This document shows, piece after piece, positions 25,616-36,280 of a stretch of 64,000 nt of DNA (within the stretch, counting starts at the first letter, position 1; every line of letters starts with the position of its first letter). The notes beneath the pieces are model-generated. The model was not told where the DNA came from and searched no databases. It was given only the letters and a program-made list of their open reading frames with translations. The position numbers and the translations under genes are program-made. Origin of the DNA: Cenococcum geophilum (taxonomy: Eukaryota). The stretch is taken from assembly GCA_050273025.1 (NCBI GenBank), contig CP158635.1, positions 32,736,001 through 32,800,000 on the forward strand. The letters are read 5' to 3'.

Positions 25616-28600
25616 ATGGGTTCAGCACACTCAATTGTCCTTCATTTGATATTGCTTCTTTCCTTCTTTGAATTTAGTTATGCTCGCCCGCACACTCACT
25701 TACATGAGCATTTACATAGTCACTCACTTGTGCGAAAACGTGTTGACAACTTAATCTGTCGAAACCCCGTCTCGTACGTGCTATATCGCGATGTCCCCGA
25801 GGGCTCAAGCTCCCAATTCATTCGATTGATTGCCCAGGTGACTGATAGTATATAGTAGCCCCTTCGATTATTCAGCCAAGATCCGGCGAGACGAGAATGC
25901 TCCCGTCTGTGAAGCACAAAGTCACGTTCCGGCTCTATTTGAACGCCAGAGCCAGACTGACGATGACTATTCGTGCTCTGAGTCAAAACCTTGCAGTAAC
26001 GGAGCTTGTTGCTCCAAAAAGACGGGCTACTGTAACTACGGACCGGAAGCATGCGGTACCAACGGCCAAAGCCCAAACGATGTATGCTGGTCGAATTGTG
26101 ATGCGCATGCCGAGTGTGGAAAATATGCCAAAACCCCAGGGCAGAAGTGCCCACTTAATGTTTGCTGCTCGCCATTTGGGTATGTACTTAATGAAGGGAT
26201 TTTCCTGCCGGTAGAAGCGCTGACAGAAACAGGTTCTGCGGAATGACTGATGAATTCTGTGATAAAGGAACGGACGACGAACCTGGTTGCCAGAGCAATT
26301 GTGACCAGCCAGGCTCTGGCGCATCTGGAGGAAACGTCCAAAACCGTGTCATTGGGTATTACGAGGCCTGGGCCCACGATAGGAAATGCCAGGGCATGGT
26401 GAGGCTTGACTGAAATTCCGCTATTGAAGGTAATGTCTAATGGTGTCTAGGACTTTAACAGCATTCCTGCTGGCGCGTTTACCCATCTTTACTTCTCTTT
26501 TGGTTATATTTCTCCAGGTGCTTTCGAAGTAGTTCCCATGGACGATCTTGATGAAAGTCTATTCGCCGAGTTCACGAATGTGAAGAGAAAGAATTCGGGC
26601 CTTAAAACCATTGTGGCTCTCGGAGGCTGGACGTTCAATGACAATGGTATATATAAAAGAACGCTACTCTGCATATTGAAGGGCTGACTTATTACCTCCT
26701 ACAGGAACCGCAACACAGCCGTTGTTTAGTGATATGGTGAGCTCAAAGGCTAACCGAGCGACCTTTATCAAGAATCTGTTCAGCTTCCTGCGACAGTATG
26801 CATTCGATGGTGTAGATTTTGACTGGGTACGTGAATGATCTGTGCGATATGCGGCGATGTTCTGCTGAGAAAACACAGGAGTATCCCGGAGCCTCAGACC
26901 GCGGAGGTAACCCGGACGACGGCAAGAATTTTGTAACATTCCTGAAAGAACTTGACGATGAAAACAGCAAACAACCAATGAAATATGTCGTCTCGTTCAC
27001 TGTTCCAACTAGCTTTTGGTACCTTAGGCATTTTGATCTCAAGGCGGTCGATCATGTCGATTTTATCAATGTCATGAGCTATGATCTTCACGGAGTTTGG
27101 GACTCTACCAATCCCATTGGGAGTCACGTGTACGCCCACACCAACCTGTCCGAGATCAAATTGGCCATGGACCTCTTTTGGCGCAACGATGTGCCGCCAG
27201 CTAAGCTTAATCTTGGTCTTGGCTTCTACGGTCGAAGTTTCCAACTCTCTGATCCCTCATGCTACAAGCCAGGCTGCAATTTTAAGGGTGGAGCTGCTCC
27301 TGGTGGCTGTAGTGACAATTCTGGCACTCTCACCTATAAGGAGATCCAGCAGATCATCAAATCCAACAAGCTCAAGCCCTACCATGACAAAGAGGCCGCT
27401 GTCAAGTACATCACTTGGAATCAAGATCAATGGGTATCATTCGATGATCAAGATACATTCAAGGCCAAGATCGATTTTGCAAACAATCTCGGCCTTGGAG
27501 GGCTACTTATCTGGGCCGTCGACCAGGACACCGATGATCTAGAAGCTCTCAAGGCAGTACTAGCCCCAAAAACCATATCGGCTTTTGCCAAGGATGTCGA
27601 CGACAAAGCCTACTGGGAAGACGCCACTGTTCCCGATTGTTACGTCACCGACTGCGGAGGTACATGCAAGGCTGGCTTCTTCAAGATTGAGAACCAGCCA
27701 TGTGGAGGTGCAAAACCAATCACAAGACACTCGAAAGAGAAAGACAGTCTGCTGTGCTGTCCCCTTGCTGGAGCTCCAGACCCCAAAGACTGCACCTGGC
27801 GCGGTGGTGACCCATGGTGTAACGGACATTGCCATGACGATGAGGTTACTATGGAATTAAATAGATGGGGCGATGGGAAGTACTGTGAAGACGGCAATAA
27901 AGTGTACTGTTGCAAGTCCCCCGAGGCCAAGGAGAACAAGTGCTATTGGGCCGGCGTGGGCAAAAGCTGCAATGGAGATGATACTACCATGGTAAGTGGA
28001 GTTGTGAATCTCATGCATTCTCTAAGTTCTATACCACCATATGAATACGTCTTACTATTATATATATTTTTCATCTACTAATCGATACTAGACTTTCTCC
28101 GGTACCTTCGTTTCCACAGTTGCGGATATCGTGAGGATAGGCGGTCTTATCGGGGCTGCCTTGGCCGAGTTTCTTGACTCTGCAGATATGGAGCTCCAAA
28201 AGCGTTACTGCTGTCCAAAGGAAGATGCCCAAAAGTGGACAAACTGCAAATGGTACGGCGAGCCCGGATCCTGTTTCGATGACCATTGCCCGACAACCGG
28301 ACATTCGGTACAGCTCACAGACAGTCCTTACGGGCTTGGTCAATCTTGCTTCCCTCGGATGGAACGTACTCGGGTTTACTGCTGCGATCCCACCGGTGGC
28401 AAGTCGCCATTCTTGCCAGTGCCGTTGGAAAGACTCTTCCCGGAACCAGCTACGGGAGAGGATGTCGATAACGACTATAATTTGAATGTCGATGACACAT
28501 TTGGGTCCGGTGATGCGAAGACTACAGAAGAGCCGGGCGATGCATCTTTCCAATTTGTAGTACTCTCTTCTCCAGAAGAACTCCAAATTTCGCTCGATAA

Positions 28601-31378
28601 GCGTGACGGCTCGCACTGGGAAGTCTTTAATTGCCAGGATGGAGAGAGTGAGGATGAGTATACTGTCCAGATGGTATGCACGGATGTCTCGGTGGATAGT
28701 AATTGCTACAAGATTGGTCTCGGACATGGTGTTCCTGGCACCATTCTTCAGATGCCTCCGGGTTGCGGTCCAGGCAAGTATGCTGTGGCTAAGTCCATGA
28801 CACCTTCGAAAGTGGACGTCCCAGCACATCTACACAAACGGCTGATCAACCCAATTGTATACGACTTGACCTTCGACTACGATTTCACTCGAGTTCCACG
28901 AGACAATGGCGACACTCAAATGCGAATTGATTTCAGCAATAAGGATAATTACTGGGATAATGTTGTTGCCGCCGCGGCATCCGGAAAGAGAAAAAGATCG
29001 CTTGCGAATTTCGGTGGTAATCATAAGAGATGGCTCGAAGAAGAGTGGCGGGATGACTACCACTTCGGCGCTGCCACCCCTGAAGAGCTCCACAAGCGAT
29101 GGTTCGGCAGCGGTGTTATTGATTGGCTTAAAGGCTTAATTAACCCCAAGATCACTAAGGAATTTACCCACGACCTCGACCAGATCTTTACAGCCAAGAT
29201 TGTTGACGATTCATGGAGCTGCGGAAGTGGCGAGGCGAAATTTGATGGTCATGTCTTGGTGCAAGCTCTAACGCATGTTAAGGTGTCAACTAGCTTTGGC
29301 TTTACGCTTATTACAAAGCTCAGCCTCCCGCTTGATCTGAGCCAATCTTACCTCACGTTCAGTAATAACGGAGAGGTCACCGCTACATTTACTTTGGAAG
29401 CCCTTGCCAGGGTTAGGTACGATACTGGCGACAGGGAAATCTTAACCTTGCCCTTCCCTGGGGCAACCTTCCGGGTTCCGGGTATTGTAACTATCGGCCC
29501 AAGTGTTCGAGTAGTAGGCAGCTTCGACGCTGGCTTAACGCTCTCCGCTGAAATTGAGACTAAAGTTGATATTGCTTCGTGGGAAGTCCAACAGACTCTG
29601 CCCGCTGCGTCACAAGAATTCGACCCAGATGAAGATGACCTGGTAGACACCAGAGACACCGGTAACATGAACGGCTTACAGAAACCCACATTCTATGCTG
29701 CGGTAAAGGCTGAGGGCAAGGTCGAAGCCCACTTGAAAGCAGCTATGGAATTCGGCGTTCGGTTCGATGATCGATGGAAGGTCGGAGCTGCTGCCGCCGC
29801 TGTTGTTGCAGACGGCTATGTTCGCTTTAAGGTCGGGGCTGGCGTCAGTACTACTGGCTCCTGTCCCTGGACCTACGGTATGGATCTCGGGGTCGCGCTT
29901 TATGCGCAAGTTGAGGCGTCTTCTTTGGGATGGGGTACGAAGAAGTGGAACCTACCTGGATCTGGGGAAATTCCTTTAATCGACGGGGGCACTTGTCCTC
30001 AGTTGGCGCAGGGAGGTCCTGAGCGCAGATCCATATCTGCCAGAGAAGGCACAGTCAACTTCGATGAAAATGAGCCGGGTACTGCGTTGATCAGTTATGG
30101 CGAGAGACGCAATTTATCTCTTCACCAACTGGGAAAGCGTGCGGCAGTATATGGACCGCCTTTCCATGTACCACTTCAGAACCTTTTCTGTCCGGACCCT
30201 AAAGGTGATACTACTGGAGGTGGTACTCCGTGCGAGAGGATCCATGGAGGATGGGACGTCAACCCGATGTCAAAACGCGATGTCGGTCTGTCATTGAGGG
30301 ATGTCCACACTTTCGACAAGCGCGACAGAGATAGGAAGCCGCCGAAGGAGTTTTGCTCCGGTTCAGCTGTTATGAACATGAAAGCTCCGATTCACGATAC
30401 CTCGAGCACGCTGCTCAATGTAAGAATATCCTCTCTACTTGGCCGGAATTCTCTAACTGCTTCTAGGTTGTTAACAATGCTCTAACATATGGTTACACGA
30501 ACCGGCAAAACTGCAACGATTTTGGATTTGGGCAGCTCCAAACTGCTGGCCAAGGTGGCACCAACCTCTACGCCACCGAACACATCCTCGAGTTCCAACT
30601 TGTTGGTATCTTCTTCGATGAAATTAAGAACCAAGTCCAATGTACAAACCCCACACCAGGCGCAAACTTCGGCCGAGCCGTGAATCTCTGCGGATGCATG
30701 AAACCACTCTGGTACCAGCTCAACGCAGCCACACGACCGACAATGAATGTCAACGGCCAACAGATGTCGATGGACCCTGTGGATTGGGTCGGCAGTATTT
30801 TCCCCGGCAGCGACAACCAATGGGCGAACGAATTCGTACTACTCGAAAACGACGTCAACGGTGCGAAACAAGGCATGTGGGGTACCGGCGCCATCAGAAA
30901 CGACGGCACGATGCGCCAGTACCTATTGCAAGACCCTGACACCGCCATCAAGAACCTCAAAGACACCATCACTGCTATCAGGTACCACACCGACCAGACC
31001 ATCTCGGCTCGTCTCGTCCTACAAAAGGATCGCGTCGGGAATATGCTCAACCAGATGGACACCCAGGTCGTTCCCGGTATCGTGAAAACCGACCGCTCCG
31101 GGAACCAGTTCGGGCAGTGGCAGCCGCAGGGCTTGCAGCAGCTGTGGAATACATGGATCAGGGGGAGAGCGACGTATGCGCTTAACAAGGCGATTTTGCA
31201 TATCGATACGTGGTTACCACAGTTAGAGCAGGCATATGCGACGCCGACGCAGAGGGATAATGTGGTCGCAGGGGGTAATGATCCCGAGGCTTTGGCTGCG
31301 GGTGCAAGGATTTTGAAGATTGATACGTTAAGGAATCAGTGGACGAATAATAGACCGGTTTGGAATAACCCGTTCTAG
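25616..31378 (+). CDS. Subgroup C (killer-toxin-like) GH18 chitinase, about 1772 aa: signal peptide, 2x CBM18 (hevein-like), GH18, Cys-rich repeats, beta-rich domain, C-terminal putative toxin domain
   Basis: Manual splicing gives exons 25616-25773, 25856-26179, 26233-26398, 26451-26646, 26705-26826, 26879-27991, 28092-30419 and 30467-31378 (5319 nt, frame maintained). CBM18 motifs CSNGACCSKKTGYCNYGPEAC and CPLNVCCSPFGFCGMTDEFC. GH18 motifs RVIGYYEAW, ALGGW, catalytic FDGVDFDWEYP (DxxDxDxE intact, split by intron 5), MSYDLHG and LGGLLIWAVDQD. Confidence 0.95.
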
Positions 31379-31873
31379 CGTAGCTTTGTTGGATGAAGAT
31401 CAGAGGTTGAGGTCGTTGGAATACCTTCAATATCTGCTGATGGAACGAGCTGTTTGAAGCAGAAGAATAGACAAAATGAAATATATAAGATGTCTCTAAG
31501 CACTTCTCAGGAGTGCAACTCGACTATACCTATAATCCGGCGGAGTACCAGCTTCTCACTCGTCGCATAGAATACATTGGGATTTCTTGCGAGCTATGGT
31601 GGTATCACATGTCACATGCTAAGCTAGCCTGAGAAATCACAATATACTCCCACATTTCGTCATGCGCCCTGCCATTTCTCAACCCTTTTCATCTCACTAT
31701 ACATTCTATCAGATCTGTAATTTGGATCATCCTATCTATCTACTATCATGTCATGTTTCTTTTCAAAGATCCCGTTGAGGTCGGTATTCCCCGTCCGTCC
31801 AGGTGTACTATCTTCCTCATTAACAACTCTCATTCGGAATCCTAGTATTAGAGTCACATTCCTCTCATTATCG

Positions 31874-33180
31874 TCAATCAGTTTCATTATGAATACTTCC
31901 GCTAAGACCCAACCCACCGCCTGAAGCCATCATCCCGCGGAGGGGAAGGGTGCCGAAGGGATTAGGATGGAAGGTAAGAGTGGGAAGTAGAAGTGTGTGC
32001 CTGCTAGGGTTGCGATCCGTCCGAAATGTGAATCCTGATCTAACTGGATTCGCAAGATCTGGATCCTGACCGAAATTCTAAGCCGGATCCTCTATATTTT
32101 GAAGGCCTAGATTTTAACGATTCCCCGGGTTTTGTATAAGAGATTTTGGGAGATAATATTACGATGCATGACGTTAGGCGATTATAGGATTTTATTAAGG
32201 TGGCAGTGCTATATAGAGGCTTCGAAACGGCGGGCCTCTTCCTAGTTCAAAAGCTACCAAATTATAATTAACTCCCGTTGTAAAGCCGGGTTCTCTATAT
32301 AGCCCTCCCCTACTTCTGCCGCCTTATCTTCCACCTCTATAAGCTCTTCTGGTATTGCATTTCGTCGTAAGATTCGGTTAAGGACTCGTTCGTTCTAGCA
32401 TATTAACGTACTACGGCATCAACTAGGCTCGAAACTTATTCATTAGTAGCTTTAGAATACTAAAAGAACGCTCTAACGCCACTAAATTGGTAGGCGTACG
32501 AGTAACTCGTAAAGCTAGCGCGGCTAGATAGGTAAGCACGCAGCAGGTTAGTCTTCCACAATCGTTCGTAGCCGCAACGGGTATATTAGGCTTGCTCAGT
32601 CTTCGCGCCGTTCTTCCTAAACTTTCAGCAGGCGGTTATGATATTAAGATCCTTATTTCTACCACATTTAGTAGACATATTCGTAGTAATAGAGCCTTTA
32701 TATCGTCAGAGTTTTAGTAGGGGCTGTGCGAGTAGATTTGCACGCTGACATAATGATTTAAATTAAGGTTACACCAATCAGAGGCTTAGGATTTTAAAAG
32801 ACGCTAGTGACTGTCCGAAACCTGACCGTAATTAATTCGGACATCCGCAAATCTACCCCTAGTGCCTGCAGTATATACCAGACAGATTCGGAGGCATCTT
32901 TGTATTTACGAGCTATGTGTCGGTAGTTACGGTGCTTGCCTTCGTAAGAATGCCTTCATTTTATTAATTTGACTAGAGGATAGCGCTATTAGACTTATTC
33001 CGTAGTTAAAGGGTACTTACTTAAATCTTACCTTTGTCTTCGGCTAAATCATTCCAATAAAGACTTAATTAGTAAGACTTTAGATTGACGTAATATGGAA
33101 GAATACGCCCTGTGTAAGTAGAAGAAAACGCACTACCTGTATTAAGCGAACTTCTCTCTAGTAAGTGTTTATAAGGGATA
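31874..33180 (-). pseudogene. Possible relic gene convergent on the chitinase, split by a hAT insertion and RIP
   Basis: Canonical 48-nt minus-strand intron (gtaagt...ctaat...ctag, 33020-32973). After removing it and the hAT, one frame reads IPYKHLLERSS...YWNDLAEDKGKI*/SN**NEGILTKAST...MPPNLSGIYCRHT...ETD-stop, with only TAA/TAG stops that could be RIP products of CAA/CAG. No family recognised. Confidence 0.3.
32005..32861 (-). mobile_element. Non-autonomous hAT-superfamily DNA transposon (857 bp, internally deleted)
   Basis: Perfect 8-bp TSD gtgcctgc (31997-32004 and 32862-32869). Termini tagggttgcgat...aaatctaccccta. Subterminal atcc/tccga repeats. Minus-strand remnant of a BED-like finger ((C)TRCGYE...LRA(H)L, ~32530-32590). 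Confidence 0.88.
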
Positions 33181-33181
33181 T

Positions 33182-35847
33182 TATTGCGGACACCCCGGGC
33201 TACCCTCAGGACAACCCCCGGATGCCCCTTAAATAGTTACCGGTTACATACTAAAGGCACGTGCCCGTAGTATATAGTCTCCACAATCCCAGAGGCCTTA
33301 CCTCCTTAAGGATTCGTCTTTCTTAACAAATCTATCCTATTCCTATAATGGTGCCTTATAGCCCCCTATCTATAAAGCCCCCTTATATTTAAATCCTTCC
33401 TACTTTTTTTTAAAAGGGCAGCCGGCTTTAAGGACTACATTGTTAATTTATATCTTTTATTTATAACTACTATTTTCCCTTAAAATCTCGCGATGACCTA
33501 AATAGAAACTCTATAAATACCTTATAGAAAGCTATTATATAAAGGTAGGAAGGTCCCTTTAATAGCAAGAGATTGCGATAATATAAACCTCTAGATAAGA
33601 TGGCCGAATAAGCCCTAATACCTAGATGTGCTAAAAGCTTAAAGACTCTTATATACCTATAGTTACCGCTAAGAAAAACGCAGATACCCTCTATAACAGT
33701 TATAACGCTACTAAAAAGTAACTAGAACCCCTTTAGCCCTACCTAGGCTAATTAGAAGATTAAGCGCTAGAGGCAACTTTAAGATCTTTCCCTAAGCTAG
33801 AAATGCTAAAGAAATATACTAACGCGTTTAACTAGGGACTTAACTAAAACCCTTTTAGAAAACCACCGGCCTATAATTAGTATAGTAGTAGTATATAAAC
33901 TGCTTATAAGCTAAGTAGGCCTACCCCTTTAGAAAACTAAAACTAAATACTAACTTAAGACCTAAGGCTTATTAGAAAACCTATACTAGCTATTAGTGCT
34001 AATACTACCTCTATAGCAAGAGCTTCCCTAGGCCTAAATTTAGAAGGTTAAAAGCCTTATACTAATCTCCTTTAAGATAGATATTAGGAAGCTGTTATAA
34101 GGCTCTCGGAAGCTATATAGGAGGAAGCCACTAATAAATATATTAAAACCCTTTAAGGGCAAATTTATATCTAGTAGGGTTTAATCTAAGCTAGGAAAAT
34201 TCTTTTATAACTTAGTTAAGGCTAAGGGCTTTTTAAGGGTTATCTAGTATCTACCTGAGGAGGTATAAAAGACTTAAAGAGGCACTTATATAATAAACGG
34301 AAAAAAGATATAAACTAATTAGTTAAGGCCTCTAGTAGTTTAAAACTCCGTTATAGGCCTAACGCCTAGTATTTAAACGATTAGGTTCGCGAGGTAGATA
34401 ACTTTTTAAGATGCTAATAATATAAGATAATACTAGAGAGCGTATACACTAGATTATTAGTAAGATTAAAGACCAATTACTAAACTGGACCGCGCTTAAT
34501 TAACTTAATAAAGAGTAAATTATAATATAGCTATAGTTGCAGACCTTCCTAAAGAGTTAGACCTAAGATCCGTATATTATATAATACGATAATATAAAAC
34601 AATTCTGGAATAGTATATAGCTAGACCGTTAAGACTTCCGCTAGTTTATAAACTTTGTAGAAACTTATACTTAATAGATAGATCTAGAGCCCTTTAAAAA
34701 TAAGGATAGTAGCGTTTATAAAAAGGAGAAGATTAGATTTATCTAGGCTGGAATTAAGCTAGCAATTTATAATAAAATAAAGCGTATAAAAGCCCTATTG
34801 TAGATTACTGTATATACGGATTTTAAATAAGCAGTTCTAAATACTAAGGATATAGTAAGAAACTAGACCTCTTCTAATAGGAAGCTAGGGGGTAACTAAA
34901 AGCGTAGGTATTCCGGTAGTAATATAGGGCAGACTTAAGCTTTAAAGAAGCCGTTCTTAAGGAGAACTTTAGAAGGGTTAAAGTTAAAAGCCCTAAGTAA
35001 TAGGAAAGACTCCTAGGGCTAACCTAATACCTATTTAATACCCTTACGAAAACACTCTAAGAAGCTAAAAGGAAATTTCCTTAAAGGCAAATCTTATTAG
35101 AAGAATAAGCTAGGCAATAATCGCACTAACAATCTAAAAAAAAAAAGCCCTAGTCGTGAACCTCTCCTAAGTATGACTAGGGCAAGATATGGAAGAAGAG
35201 ACTCTTTATATTGCTATTAAGCTAAAAACAATATTTTCTATAGGCGAGGTATAATAGTTTTAAGCACTATATAATGGCGGCGCCGAAATTAATCTTATAT
35301 AATATAATTTAGTAAAAGAGTATAAACTTATTCTATTATAAAGGTGGCGGAAACCTATTATAGGCTTCCTAGATAAGTATTAGATTAAACTATATAGTGC
35401 CTATAAGCTTATAGTATTAGTAGCTAATATATATAACCGCATTAAGATAGTTAGCCCGCAAACCTTTTAGGCGGCTAACTTTATAGGTTATAACCTTATT
35501 CTTAAATACCCTTAGCTTATAGAAATAGATCCTAAGATACGCTTTAAGACAGGAGCTATTAAATAGTGGAATAATACAGAATTAGCGTTACGGCTCGTAC
35601 AAATGCCTCTGAACCGAAGCTTGTAGAATGCTGTATTACGAAGATACTAAGCTAAAGAGAAGGAAAAGTGGTCGCCAGGACCGATGTAAACAAATATATA
35701 GGGTAAGCCGCCAAGGCGCTAGCTTTAGGCGGGCCAATCACAGGTTGGCAGAATATGGCAGAATTTGGCAGGTAACGTGCGATAGCGCCGTTACAATTAG
35801 AAGGGCGTATATTACTAATAAGCTTAAAGGACATCTTAGAGGATATA
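33182..35847 (+). mobile_element. Ty3/Gypsy element family F (5' LTR, gag, protease; truncated by later insertions)
   Basis: LTR-like start tattgcggacacc (~33182-33349) followed by a ggtgcc PBS-like site. RIPed gag, protease (D)GGAEINLI at ~35271-35300, and ADFxGYDLILxYPWL at ~35471-35520. Confidence 0.72.
35586..35795. mobile_element. Solo LTR (210 bp), lightly RIPed
   Basis: 5-bp TSD attag (35581-35585 and 35796-35800). Termini cgttacggc...gccgttaca. The host reading frame resumes after it. Confidence 0.82.
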
Positions 35848-36280
35848 TATTACGGCGCTAGTAAAAACTAATAGATTATAGCTAATAGATATTAGTAGAT
35901 TATAGCGGATAGTTTTAGATAATTGCCGTTACGTAACTAAAGGGTTATATATAACGTTAAGCGGCACTACCCTTTATCTCCTTTCCTTTCTTTAGCTTTA
36001 GATCCTTATTTATAAACTACCAATTATATAGGCTTACGCGTCCCTCTTACTATGCTTATGCTTTAATTAACTAAGTTACTAATATTATTTAAAGCTTATT
36101 TACTCTTCTTTCTAAAAAGGAACTTAAATATATTTATAGGACTATAAATAAGAACAGAATATAAAAGTAGACCTAAAGACTATTACTAGAACTTAAAAAA
36201 TAAAACAAAACTAAAAAAAATAGAAAAGAATAATAAGACCTATAGAATCCTACTAGAAGTTATCCTAACAACTATACTAT

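Noticed and set aside
26819..31378. Treating the 420-, 784- and 232-aa ORFs as separate genes
   Set aside because: Canonical phase-0 introns at 27992-28091 and 30420-30466 join them in frame into one protein.
30324..31378. Calling the chitinase tail an Hce2/Ecp2 domain
   Set aside because: It is about three times longer than Ecp2-like domains and I do not see their Cys pattern; the EHxxExQ/NxxK motif points elsewhere.
19468..31430. Many overlapping short ORFs on alternative frames and strands within the island
   Set aside because: Shadows of the three spliced genes; the real exons account for the coding signal.
19020..33180. Island as cargo of a Starship or other giant transposon
   Set aside because: No tyrosine-recombinase captain and no matching boundary repeats are visible in this window; it cannot be excluded at larger scale.
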